Origin: Cyanobacteria bacterium P01_A01_bin.123
GTDB taxonomy: Bacteria; Cyanobacteriota; Cyanobacteriia; Phormidesmidales; Phormidesmidaceae
Direction of reading: 5' to 3'
DNA length: 64,000 bases
NCBI GenBank assembly: GCA_039815185.1
Contig: JBCBZT010000012.1
Coordinates: forward strand, 1-64,000
Part shown: piece by piece, positions 48,286-57,710 of the stretch
How positions within the stretch are numbered: position 1 is the stretch's first letter
Layout of the letters: the number at the start of each line of letters is the position of its first letter
Position numbers and translations under genes: made by a program
The notes under the pieces: generated by a model
Seen by the model: the letters and a program-made list of their open reading frames with translations, nothing else
Databases searched by the model: none
Told to the model about the DNA's origin: nothing

Positions 48286-49248
48286 TCAAGGTGCAAACTC
48301 ATAGGACGTAATTGTGAGTTGACAGCTTTCGGTTTCATTGACGCTGCGCTTGATGTCATTAACCCGGCGAAATCCTTCTGGCCCGTCAGCGTTGAGGCTG
48401 TCGTTGAAACTGCGCGCAAAGGAAACAATGCACGGATCGTCACTTTTCATCAGGGGAATGAGCGTTTCCTTGGCCGTTTGAATGTCCCAAGCTGGAATCG
48501 CTGCGTGCAGATCAGCCCACTGGATTTGCTCGGTAGCAGACAATTGTACTGGCGGAGTGGCCCGAAACACCCTAGCTAACATCAAAAAACCCCCTAAAAC
48601 AATCCCTGCACCAATCAGTGCGCCGCATCCAGCTTCAAAACTAATCGCCGATGCTGGGCGTTGACGTCGCCTATTTTCTAGCAAGGGTGGTGCTGGATTT
48701 CCCAGGGGCATTAGGGAGTCGTGGGTCGGTAGCGGGCTGGACTCAGGGAGATTGGATGCAAGTGCTACCCCTTCTGCTTCAGGCAGATCTGCATGAGGGT
48801 CATCGGCATCTCGGGGGCTCGGGGGCATCTGGGCATAGAATTCAATCACGTCTGCCATCCGATCGACAAACCAGATCTGAATGCCGGTTTCTTTCAGCTT
48901 GGCAGCAGCGGCCCAGGCGTCTTCTTGGTTTGATTTGGGGGTCAGACCGGCAATGATCGGCTGTAGCTTGGGATAGTGTTGACGGTAGACCCACAGTTGC
49001 CCAGCTGCACTGTGGAGGGCATTGCGGCTGAGATAGCGCTTACATTCAATCAGGTATAAGGACGTCAGCAAATCAATGCGTCCCCCGTTTTCGCAAGGGA
49101 CTTCCCGGTGGACAGTGTGTCCCTTACTTTCCAAGAAGATCATCAAGAACCGCTGCAGAGCGTCCTCATTGACAAAACCCATTGTGGGCGGTTCGGGAAC
49201 GGAAAATTCTGGGATTGGGGGAGGGGAATCAGTCACGGTAGCGTCCAA
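48286..49248 (-). CDS. Membrane-anchored protein with N-terminal PD-(D/E)XK nuclease-like domain
   Basis: NEDALQ...REV...GRIDLLT...IECK...AAGQLWVY; Pro-rich linker; one TM (GCGALIGAGIVLGGFLMLA); ~85-aa C-terminal domain with 2 Cys. Start may be ATG 49182. Confidence 0.7.
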   Translation of the reverse strand: MDATVTDSPPPIPEFSVPEPPTMGFVNEDALQRFLMIFLESKGHTVHREVPCENGGRIDLLTSLYLIECKRYLSRNALHSAAGQLWVYRQHYPKLQPIIAGLTPKSNQEDAWAAAAKLKETGIQIWFVDRMADVIEFYAQMPPSPRDADDPHADLPEAEGVALASNLPESSPLPTHDSLMPLGNPAPPLLENRRRQRPASAISFEAGCGALIGAGIVLGGFLMLARVFRATPPVQLSATEQIQWADLHAAIPAWDIQTAKETLIPLMKSDDPCIVSFARSFNDSLNADGPEGFRRVNDIKRSVNETESCQLTITSYEFAP

Positions 49249-49289
49249 CCAACACAGGGTAATAGAGTAGCGAATCTAGGGTCTGGCTG

Positions 49290-50324
49290 CTAGGCTTTTT
49301 GCTCAAATCCTTGCAGTACGTTGGCAACATTGAGTCCAAGGGCATCTACCGCATAGCCCCCTTCCATGACAAACAGGGTGGGATATTGCAACCCCGCGAT
49401 CGCGCCACCCAGGCTCACAAAATCATGGCTTTGCAGGCGAAACCGAGCAATGGGATCACCCCCAAACGTATCCACCCCCAGGGAAACGACTAGCGCCTCA
49501 GGGGCAAAGTGCTTAATCTGCTGACAGGCGGCGGCAAGAACCTCGGCATACCTGATCCAGTCAGTCCCCCAGCGGAGGGGATAGTTGTGGGTGTAGCCCG
49601 CCCCAGCCCCGCTGCCCCGCTCATCGGCATAACCTGAAAAGTACGGATAATCCTGGCTAGGGTCGGCATGGATAGAGACGAACAACACGTCCGAGCGATC
49701 GTAAAAGATGGCCTGGGTGCCGTTGCCATGGTGGTAGTCAACGTCCAACACAGCCACCCGTTCAGCCCCGGCATCGAGAAAGGCTTGGGCGGCGATCGCA
49801 GCATTATTGAAAAAACAGTAGCCGCCCAAGAAATCGACCCCGGCATGGTGCCCTGGCGGACGACAAAGGGCAAAGGCTGCCGACTCCCCGGCCTGGATAT
49901 ACTGCTGTCCTGTCAAAGCCACATTGGCAGCGGCGGTGATGGCTTGCCAAGTGCCCGCCGTTATCGGTGTGCCCGCATCAAAGGAGTAGTAGCTCAGCTT
50001 GCCATCGATGACTTCTGGAACGCGATCGCTGCGCATGGTGCGAATCGCCCAGTTGAGCGGCAGCGCATCACAGTTGCCATGTTCAGCCACCCACTCAGTC
50101 CAGGCCGTTTCTAAAAAAGCGACATAGCCCGGATCATGCACCCGCAATACAGGCTCTAAGCCGGAGGGTTCAGGGGATACGACCCGCCCCAGGCCAGCAG
50201 CTTGAATCCTTGCCAATACCATCTCTGCCCGCTGGGGGGTTTCAACAGGTGGCCTGAGCTGGCCGTCAATCAATTCAGCACGAGCGCTTTGGCCATAGTG
50301 TTGGTTGCTATAAACCGTGATCAT
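49290..50324 (-). CDS. Histone deacetylase family protein, acetylpolyamine amidohydrolase-like
   Basis: RPPGHH, GGYCFFNNAA, DVDYHHGNGTQ, SLGVDT, MEGGY; YYSFDAGTP segment resembles APAH enzymes. Confidence 0.9.
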   Translation of the reverse strand: MITVYSNQHYGQSARAELIDGQLRPPVETPQRAEMVLARIQAAGLGRVVSPEPSGLEPVLRVHDPGYVAFLETAWTEWVAEHGNCDALPLNWAIRTMRSDRVPEVIDGKLSYYSFDAGTPITAGTWQAITAAANVALTGQQYIQAGESAAFALCRPPGHHAGVDFLGGYCFFNNAAIAAQAFLDAGAERVAVLDVDYHHGNGTQAIFYDRSDVLFVSIHADPSQDYPYFSGYADERGSGAGAGYTHNYPLRWGTDWIRYAEVLAAACQQIKHFAPEALVVSLGVDTFGGDPIARFRLQSHDFVSLGGAIAGLQYPTLFVMEGGYAVDALGLNVANVLQGFEQKA

Positions 50325-50351
50325 TCCCCTCGTTATCTAGTCATTATGTAT

Positions 50352-51419
50352 CTAGTCATCATCTGCGGGCATGTCATCCACTTCAATGTCGTCATCTTCA
50401 GCAACGGTTGCAGGCATGCCATTAATCTGCAGTTTCTCTCGCACGAGACGATTCACCGTTTCGACCACTTCAGGATGGTCTTGTAAATATTGGATGGTGT
50501 TGTCTCGCCCTTGACCCACGTTGCTACCCTCGTAGCTGTACCAGGCTCCCTTGCGCATAATCACGCCGTTGGTTTCGGCCAAGTCTAGCAGACAGCCAAT
50601 GCTAGAGATGCCCTGGCCAAAGAGAATATCAAATTCGGCAATCCGAAAAGGAGGCGCGACTTTATTTTTAGCCACTTTTACTTTGGCTCGAATGCCGTAT
50701 TCTTCGCTGCCTTTTTTCAAGGTTTGAATCCGACGAATGTCAAGCCGCACTGAGGCATAAAACTTGAGGGCATTACCGCCAGTGGTGGTTTCAGGGTTGC
50801 CATACATCACCCCAATTTTGAGCCGCAGTTGGTTGAGAAAGACTACCGTGCATTGAGACTTGCCAATATTGCCCGTGATTTTGCGCAGGGCTTGGCTCAT
50901 CAGCCTTGCCTGCAGCCCCATATGGGAATCTCCCATTTCCCCTTCAATTTCGGCGCGGGGGGTGAGGGCGGCCACAGAGTCGATCACAATGATGTCAATG
51001 GCGGAGGAACGGACGAGCTGATCGACGATCTCCAGCCCCATTTCTCCGGTGTCAGGTTGGGAAACCAGCAAATTATCGATATCGACTCCCAAAGCTTCTG
51101 CATAAACGGGGTCGAGGGCGTGTTCAGCATCGACGAAGGCTGCCGTGCCGCCAGCCTTTTGCACCTCTGCCACAGCGTGGAGGGCAACTGTGGTTTTACC
51201 CGAGCTCTCTGGGCCATAAATTTCGATGACTCGACCTTTTGGCAACCCACCCCCTAAGGCCAAATCCAGCGTCAGTGCCCCAGTGGGGATAGTGGCCACC
51301 TGCATGCGATTAGCTTCGCCCAAACGCATGATCGATCCCTTACCAAAATTACGCTCGATTTGGCCGAGCACCATTTTTAGGGCTTTCTGCTTTTCAGAGG
51401 TGTCGTTTGCCGTTGCCAT
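50352..51419 (-). CDS. recA: Recombinase A
   Basis: [48 protein letters not shown]. Confidence 0.99.
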   Translation of the reverse strand: MATANDTSEKQKALKMVLGQIERNFGKGSIMRLGEANRMQVATIPTGALTLDLALGGGLPKGRVIEIYGPESSGKTTVALHAVAEVQKAGGTAAFVDAEHALDPVYAEALGVDIDNLLVSQPDTGEMGLEIVDQLVRSSAIDIIVIDSVAALTPRAEIEGEMGDSHMGLQARLMSQALRKITGNIGKSQCTVVFLNQLRLKIGVMYGNPETTTGGNALKFYASVRLDIRRIQTLKKGSEEYGIRAKVKVAKNKVAPPFRIAEFDILFGQGISSIGCLLDLAETNGVIMRKGAWYSYEGSNVGQGRDNTIQYLQDHPEVVETVNRLVREKLQINGMPATVAEDDDIEVDDMPADDD

Positions 51420-51474
51420 AGCTACCTCAACATAAATAGAGTGTATTGTTTCAAGGTCATCTGCTAGACTAATA

Positions 51475-51490
51475 TAGTACCTCTGAACTA
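51475..51490 (-). promoter_or_regulatory. Cyanobacterial LexA box upstream of recA
   Basis: TAGTAC-CTCT-GAACTA, one mismatch from the AGTAC-N4-GTACT palindrome; on the minus strand it directly follows a TATGAT -10-like hexamer. Confidence 0.75.
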
Positions 51491-51644
51491 ATCATATTGA
51501 TCAAGCAATTTTGTTAAATCTTTCCGACTGTCCTTATTTGGGTTGTTACTCGGTGAAGTGAATGACAGTTGATTTGCATGTGTCTGATGAACTCACGCTG
51601 TGAACACCCTGCTCTGAGGTACGACAAAGTTGGAGAATTGATGT

Positions 51645-51860
51645 ATGGATAGACTTGCCGATATTGTCGTATTCCCGGGGTGGATTGTGGCTGCCAGCGA
51701 TCGCTCGGAAGGTGGCTATCGCTGCTGGGTGGTGACGCCAGAACTTAAGGTGCTCGATGATGGAGAGACCTATGCCTCGAGTGAAGCAGCGATGGATGCG
51801 GGGCGTTATTTGGTGGAGCTTTCTTTAGAGCTTGAGTTCGGCAACGACAGTAACCCGTGA
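51645..51860 (+). CDS. Small hypothetical protein (71 aa)
   Basis: ATG with GGAG upstream; globular-looking sequence (FPGWIV...GYRCWV...DGETYASSEAAMDAGR). Confidence 0.6.
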   Translation: MDRLADIVVFPGWIVAASDRSEGGYRCWVVTPELKVLDDGETYASSEAAMDAGRYLVELSLELEFGNDSNP

Positions 51861-52158
51861 TTCTAGGCGCTGTCACCAATGCGGTGTCCCTTGGGTGAAA
51901 CGTTAGTCAGGCTTGGGATGGCGATATCTTAACGGTCTGCCGCTGCCAATGTTAAGACTGGGGATCCAAAAAAATGGCACGATGTTGATCACAGTCCAGA
52001 GGATACATCCGGGTATCCTAAATATGCTGGAATCCAGCACAGTCAGGGTGTAGTCATTCCTCAATTAAATCCTAGATTTTTCACGCCATCATAATTTCTA
52101 TGGTGCCTGATCGCGATTGCTGAGGACTGCCGTTGTGACCCCCCCTATCCTGCTTAAC

Positions 52159-53187
52159 ATGGAGAGCACTGACCCTTGCTGGGTTCAGGATTCAGCAAAC
52201 ATGATCGACGATGATGCCCTCGAAACCCGGTTTTCTACCCTCGATGACGCTGAGGGAGAAACCGCTGTATCTCCTGATGCAAATCGCCGATCGGGCGGCT
52301 GGCGCTGTGTCCGGACTCTAACTGGCCATGACAGTTGGGTGCGGTCAGTCGCAATCAACCCCCAAGGACGAATCCTCGCCAGCGGTAGCGGCGACAAAAC
52401 TATTCGCTTGTGGAACTTCCCCACCGGAGAACTACGCCAGGTATTGACTGGGCACACCGCCTGGATTCGCTCAGTAGCCTTTAGTCCAGATGGTAGCATC
52501 CTAGCCAGCGTCAGCAACGACAACACCATACGCCTGTGGGATGCCCGCCTGGGCACGCCTAAAGCTGTGTTGAACGGTCATCAAGACTGGATCCGTTGTG
52601 TCACCTTTAGCCGGTCAGGCCAGCATGTGTTGACCGGCAGTCAAGACAATACGGTCAAAGTCTGGCGCACCGATTCGGGCAAGCTGGTGAAAACGATTGG
52701 GGATGCGAATCACTGGGTTAGGGCGATCGCGCTAAGTAAAGACGGCAAAACCCTAATTACCGGCTGCCAAGATCAAGTGGTGCGGCTCCACGCCATTAAA
52801 CCCGGCGGCTATGACCACTGCTTGCAAGGTCACGAGGCGGAAGTGCAGTCTGTGGCGGTCAGTCCCAATGGCTGGTTGTTGGCCAGTGCCAGCAGCGACA
52901 ACACCGTAATTTTTTGGAAGCTCAATAGCGGTCGGCTAATCACCCGGTTCAAAGCCCATCCAGGTGCCGTCAACTGCGTCAAATTTAGCCCTGATGGCCA
53001 GCTTTTAGCAACCGCCAGTGCCGACCATACCGTGCGCCTTTGGCACATCGACAGCGGTAAATTGGTTGGCATGTTGGAAGGGCATTCGGGTTGGGTGTGG
53101 TCGACCGCCTTTGCGCCTGATAGCCGCACGCTAGTCAGCGGTGATTGGAACGGTCAGGTTAAACTTTGGCAGCGATCGCGTCCTTGA
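52159..53187 (+). CDS. WD40-repeat beta-propeller protein
   Basis: Seven GH...(V/I)RSVA...D.T(I/V)(R/K)LW-type repeats. Start uncertain (52117, 52159 or 52201). Confidence 0.93.
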   Translation: MESTDPCWVQDSANMIDDDALETRFSTLDDAEGETAVSPDANRRSGGWRCVRTLTGHDSWVRSVAINPQGRILASGSGDKTIRLWNFPTGELRQVLTGHTAWIRSVAFSPDGSILASVSNDNTIRLWDARLGTPKAVLNGHQDWIRCVTFSRSGQHVLTGSQDNTVKVWRTDSGKLVKTIGDANHWVRAIALSKDGKTLITGCQDQVVRLHAIKPGGYDHCLQGHEAEVQSVAVSPNGWLLASASSDNTVIFWKLNSGRLITRFKAHPGAVNCVKFSPDGQLLATASADHTVRLWHIDSGKLVGMLEGHSGWVWSTAFAPDSRTLVSGDWNGQVKLWQRSRP

Positions 53188-54220
53188 TATCCGCCACCAA
53201 TTGATTGATACGATCGCGAGTCGAACTCCACGAGCACATCAGCCGTACCCCCCCGACGCCAATAAACGTATAAAATCGCCAGCCTTTTTGACGCAGGGCT
53301 GCGATCGCGACTTCTGGCAGCGTTACAAATACCGCATTGGCCTGTCGAGGAAACATCAATTCCACGCCAGGGATTTCCAACAATTGCTGCGCCAGATAGG
53401 CAGCACAGTCATTGGCGTATCGAGCATTGCGCAACCACGCCCCAGTTTCCAACAGACCCAGCAACGGTGCTGCAATAAACCGCATCTTGGATGCCAGTTG
53501 CCCCGCTTGCTTGCAGCGATAGGCAAAATCCTCAGCCAAACTGCGGTCAAAAAATAAGATGGCTTCCCCCAGGGCCATGCCGTTTTTAGTACCGCCAAAA
53601 CATAGGACATCAACGCCTTGTTGCCAGGTCAGTGCTGCCGGACTGTGACCAGACGCCGCCACCGCATTGGCAAAACGGGCTCCATCCATGTGAATTTTGA
53701 GCTGGTAGCGATCAGCGATCGCTCGAATCGCCCCTAACTCCGCTAGGCTATAGCGGGTGCCTAACTCGGTCGATTGGGTTAAACTCACCACCTTAGGTTT
53801 GGGATAGTGGATATCCCCCCGCTTGGTGACAACTGCCTCAATTGCCTCGGGCGTCAGCTTACCCAAGGGGCCACTCCCCAACAGCAACTTAGAGCCATTC
53901 GAGAAAAATTCTGGTGCGCCACATTCATCGGTTTCAATATGGGCCAGTTCGTGGCAAATGATACTGTGATACGACTGGCACAGTGACGCCAGCGCCAGGG
54001 AATTGGCAGCCGTGCCGTTAAAGACAAAAAATACCTCACAGTCGGTTTCAAACACATCGCGAAAATAGTCCGCTGCCCGCTGAGTCCACTCGTCGTCACC
54101 GTAGGCTGGAGCCATCCCATGATTGGCGCGAACCAGATAATCCATGGCTTCAGGGCAAAGGCCGGAATAATTATCGCTAGCGAATTGTTCGTTCATCATA
54201 AATTTGCCGTCGCGTTCCAT
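53159..54220 (-). CDS. ltaE: Low-specificity L-threonine aldolase (PLP-dependent)
   Basis: FASDNY, YGDD, NGTAAN, HMDGARFANA, PLP-lysine motif FGGTKNG, SKMRF. Confidence 0.9.
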   Translation of the reverse strand: MERDGKFMMNEQFASDNYSGLCPEAMDYLVRANHGMAPAYGDDEWTQRAADYFRDVFETDCEVFFVFNGTAANSLALASLCQSYHSIICHELAHIETDECGAPEFFSNGSKLLLGSGPLGKLTPEAIEAVVTKRGDIHYPKPKVVSLTQSTELGTRYSLAELGAIRAIADRYQLKIHMDGARFANAVAASGHSPAALTWQQGVDVLCFGGTKNGMALGEAILFFDRSLAEDFAYRCKQAGQLASKMRFIAAPLLGLLETGAWLRNARYANDCAAYLAQQLLEIPGVELMFPRQANAVFVTLPEVAIAALRQKGWRFYTFIGVGGVRLMCSWSSTRDRINQLVADIKDAIAAKV

Positions 54221-54395
54221 TGGATACCTGTTTCCCGAATTTTAGGGGCAAAGTGGCGGGGGTCGAGTCTGGCCCGATCCATTTTCTGGCGCGTATCTGG
54301 TCAGGCTCGTTAGATTAAGATGGAAGATCGCCGCCCAATCTTTTTATCCCCCGCCTTTATTGTCGGGTGCATTGACCTGTCTACCGCGAGTTCCC

Positions 54396-55835
54396 ATGAT
54401 TGATCAGCTGACTGCCGCTTTATCGTCCGTTAATCTCGATGCCGACTGGATCGGTATTCGGGCTGTTGCCGAAACCATGACTCGTCGTTCCCTGCGGGAT
54501 GGATTGCCCCAAAGCAATTCCCGTTCGGCTACGCGGGGCGCCATGGTAGAGGTGATGGCCCAGGGCCAAATGGGTTACAGCGCGACCAATCTGCTGACCC
54601 CAGTGGGATTGCAAACCGCGGCTCAGCAAGCCTATCAAAACGCGATCGCGGCGAGTCAGTGGCGCATTTTTGACAGCACGCCTGAGGTTCGACCCAAAGT
54701 TGTGGGAGAGTATGTGTCACCCCAACAAAAGCCGTTTGAAGCTTTATCTGCGGCAGACATCAATGAGTTGCTTGCGCGCATTTGCCAGGGGTTGAAGGTC
54801 TCTGACCAAATTGTCCAGACCACGGCTTCGGCAGTCACCACGGAAACCGAAACCTGGTTTGTCAGCAGCAATGGTTCTGAGGTGTACCAAAAGTTTTTGC
54901 TGCTGGGAACCCACTTTAACGCAACAGCCCAGGACGGAGCCGTGGTGCAACCCCGCAGCCAAAATGGTTTCCTGTCTCGCAGCTATCAGGGGGGGTGGGA
55001 GCTGTTCCCCGATCCGGCACTCTGGGAGCGGGTGAACCGTATTGGTGAACAGGCGGTGGAATTGCTCACGGCTGAAGACTGCCCAACCCTGGCAACGACC
55101 CTGGTGTTGGCCCCCGACCAAATGATGCTACAAATCCATGAAAGCATTGGCCATCCGCTAGAACTCGATCGGATTTTGGGTGACGAGCGCAACTATGCCG
55201 GGGGTAGCTTTGTGACCCCCCAAGATTTTGGCCAGCTGACTTACGGCTCGCCGTTGATGAATGTTACTTTTGATCCGACCGTAGCTGGGGAATTTGCCAG
55301 CTATGGTTTTGACGATACTGGGGCCCCCGCATCTCGAGAATATCTGATTCGATCGGGCATCTTGCAGCGGGGCTTAGGGAGTTTGGCAAGTCAAACCCGT
55401 CTGGGGGTGAATGGGGTTGCCTGCGCCCGTGCGACCTCTTGGAACCGCCCGCCGATTGATCGCATGGCCAACATTAATTTGGAACCGGGTGATCGCGCCT
55501 TTGAAGATTTGATCGCTGACGTTGAACACGGCGTGTTCATGGAAACCAACCGCTCCTGGTCGATTGACGATCAGCGCTACAAGTTTCAATTTGGCTGCGA
55601 ATACGCCAAATTGATTGAAAACGGCAAGCTTACGAAAACCCTACGCAACCCCAATTATCGCGCCACCACGCCGGAATTTTGGCGGAGTTTAGTGGCCGTG
55701 GGCGATCGCGATACCTGGGAAGTGTATGGCACCCCGTTTTGTGGGAAGGGGGAACCCAACCAAATTATTCGCGTGGGCCATGCGGCCCCAGTCTGCGTAT
55801 TTCAGCCAGTAGAAGTCTTTGGGGGTGCAGCCTAA
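54396..55835 (+). CDS. tldD: TldD-family metalloprotease
   Basis: HExxxH motif IHESIGH, PIDRMAN, C-terminal CGKGEP. Start set at ATG 54396. Confidence 0.92.
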   Translation: MIDQLTAALSSVNLDADWIGIRAVAETMTRRSLRDGLPQSNSRSATRGAMVEVMAQGQMGYSATNLLTPVGLQTAAQQAYQNAIAASQWRIFDSTPEVRPKVVGEYVSPQQKPFEALSAADINELLARICQGLKVSDQIVQTTASAVTTETETWFVSSNGSEVYQKFLLLGTHFNATAQDGAVVQPRSQNGFLSRSYQGGWELFPDPALWERVNRIGEQAVELLTAEDCPTLATTLVLAPDQMMLQIHESIGHPLELDRILGDERNYAGGSFVTPQDFGQLTYGSPLMNVTFDPTVAGEFASYGFDDTGAPASREYLIRSGILQRGLGSLASQTRLGVNGVACARATSWNRPPIDRMANINLEPGDRAFEDLIADVEHGVFMETNRSWSIDDQRYKFQFGCEYAKLIENGKLTKTLRNPNYRATTPEFWRSLVAVGDRDTWEVYGTPFCGKGEPNQIIRVGHAAPVCVFQPVEVFGGAA

Positions 55836-57181
55836 TGGCCCAGTTAGCATCAGATCAGTGGGAATTAAGTTTTAACGAATTGGTCAACGCGCTGCGATCG
55901 CAGTTGCAGCCCCAAGAAAAATTCACCCTCAGGTTGGTCGCAGAAACGAGTCAGTTCACTCGCTTTAATCAGGGCAAGGTGCGACAAACCGGTAGCGTCT
56001 GCGACGGAGAACTGCGCCTCAGCTGGATCATCGGCCAAAAAACGGGCGATCGCGCCCTGCCTTTCACCACGGATAAAGAGACTGATTGGCTTACATTACT
56101 GGCCGTGGTTGCTGATTTACGTCAGGAAGTCCCCCAGTTACCCGATGATCCCTATTTAGTTTTGCCCACGGGGGAAGCGACTAGCCGCGACGTCCATCAG
56201 GGGGAACTGTTGCCGGAATCTGACATTGTCCGTACCCTGCTGCCCGAAGTCGACGGTCTCGATTTTGTCGGACTGTATGCCGGGGGCCGCTCAATTCGAG
56301 CCTATGCCGACTCTGCTGGGCAGCAGCACTGGTTTGAAACCGACTCTTTTAGCCTCGACTATTCTTTATTTACCCAAACGGGCCAGGCCGTCAAAGGCAC
56401 CTTTGCCGGCAGTCATTGGGATATGGCCGCCTACCGTTGTCAACTGGCGGAGTCTAAAGAATTGCTGACCCTCATGGCCCAACCCCCTAAATCCATCGAG
56501 CGGGGTCAATATCGCACCTATCTTGCCCCGGCGGCAATGGCTGATTTGCTGAGCATGTTTTCTTGGGGAGGGGTTAGCGAAGCCGCTATCCGACGGGGAG
56601 GGAGTGCTTTTGGTTTACTGAGTCGGGGCGAAAAACAGTTGTCTGCCAAATTCACCCTGACCGAAAATTTCACCCGAGGTGGTGTCCCCCGGTTCAATAG
56701 CCTGGGTGAAATCGCCCCCCGGCAATTGCCAATCATTAGTGCCGGTCAGCTGGTCAATAGCCTGGTCAGTTCTCGCACGGCTAAAGAGTACGGCATTGCC
56801 GCCAATGCTGCGGCTACGGGGGAATCCCTGCGGGCACCGGAAGTCAGCACCGGCAATCTAGCCCCTGACGAAGTTTTGAGTGCCCTAGATACGGGACTCT
56901 ATTTATCGAATCTGCACTATCTCAACTGGAGCGATCGCCCCCAAGGTCGAATTACGGGCATGACCCGCTACGCCTGTTTCTGGGTAGAAAATGGCAAAAT
57001 CATCGCTCCGATTGAAAATTTACGATTTGATGAAAGTCTATACTGCTGTTTTGGCAGTGAGTTGATCGGATTGACTAATCGGGCCGAATTTATCCCAGAA
57101 GTGGGCACCTATGGCAACCGCGACCTGGGCGGCATCTGGACGCCTGGGGCTTTAGTGCAGGATTTTACTTATACGCTGTAG
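55835..57181 (+). CDS. tldE: TldE/PmbA-family protein
   Basis: TAATG overlap with tldD stop; FTRFNQG, ITGMTR...NLRF; lacks HExxxH, as expected for the non-catalytic partner. Confidence 0.88.
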   Translation: MAQLASDQWELSFNELVNALRSQLQPQEKFTLRLVAETSQFTRFNQGKVRQTGSVCDGELRLSWIIGQKTGDRALPFTTDKETDWLTLLAVVADLRQEVPQLPDDPYLVLPTGEATSRDVHQGELLPESDIVRTLLPEVDGLDFVGLYAGGRSIRAYADSAGQQHWFETDSFSLDYSLFTQTGQAVKGTFAGSHWDMAAYRCQLAESKELLTLMAQPPKSIERGQYRTYLAPAAMADLLSMFSWGGVSEAAIRRGGSAFGLLSRGEKQLSAKFTLTENFTRGGVPRFNSLGEIAPRQLPIISAGQLVNSLVSSRTAKEYGIAANAAATGESLRAPEVSTGNLAPDEVLSALDTGLYLSNLHYLNWSDRPQGRITGMTRYACFWVENGKIIAPIENLRFDESLYCCFGSELIGLTNRAEFIPEVGTYGNRDLGGIWTPGALVQDFTYTL

Positions 57182-57266
57182 GGTTGTTTGGGATTTACGA
57201 GGTTGAATTTTAGACCTGCGCTAGCTTAGGGTACGCCTCTCAGCAAGTTCTCAGATCGCCATCACA

Positions 57267-57282
57267 CGTGATTCAGATCACT
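57267..57282. promoter_or_regulatory. Possible CRP (SYCRP1)-type site
   Basis: CGTGA-TTCAGA-TCACT vs TGTGA-N6-TCACA consensus, about 48 bp upstream of the response-regulator ATG. Confidence 0.3.
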
Positions 57283-57329
57283 TGGGCATATTGATAACTA
57301 TAAGCAGTGAGAGAGTCTCCTTGTTCGCA

Positions 57330-57710
57330 ATGGCAACGCACATTTTGTTGATCGAAGACAATACGAGAACAGCCCAGCTTTTGAAAATGGATTTAGCTGA
57401 CGAAGGCTATCAGGTCAGTATGGCCCACGATGGATTGAGTGGTTTGGCCCTTGCAAACCGCATCTGTCCAGATTTAGTCTTGCTGGACTGGAGACTGCCC
57501 TATTTATCTGGGTTAGAAATTTGCGACAAACTACGGCGGTTGGGCCATACTTTTCCAATCATGTTCCTGACGGCGATGACTGATAATGAACACCGTGCAA
57601 GCGGGTTAGCGGTTGGTGCTAATGACTACGTCATCAAACCCTTCGATCCAGATGCGCTGTTGGCTAAGATTCGGAATTATTTTCAATCGTCAGACTTGAC
57701 GGTAGCGTGA
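57330..57710 (+). CDS. Single-domain response regulator (REC only)
   Basis: ILLIED, DLVLLDW, FLTA, DYVIKPF; no output domain. Start set at ATG 57330. Confidence 0.9.
   Translation: MATHILLIEDNTRTAQLLKMDLADEGYQVSMAHDGLSGLALANRICPDLVLLDWRLPYLSGLEICDKLRRLGHTFPIMFLTAMTDNEHRASGLAVGANDYVIKPFDPDALLAKIRNYFQSSDLTVA

Noticed and set aside
54396..57181. RiPP/microcin biosynthetic cluster around tldD/tldE
   Set aside because: No precursor peptide, YcaO or transporter gene nearby; appears to be the housekeeping pair.
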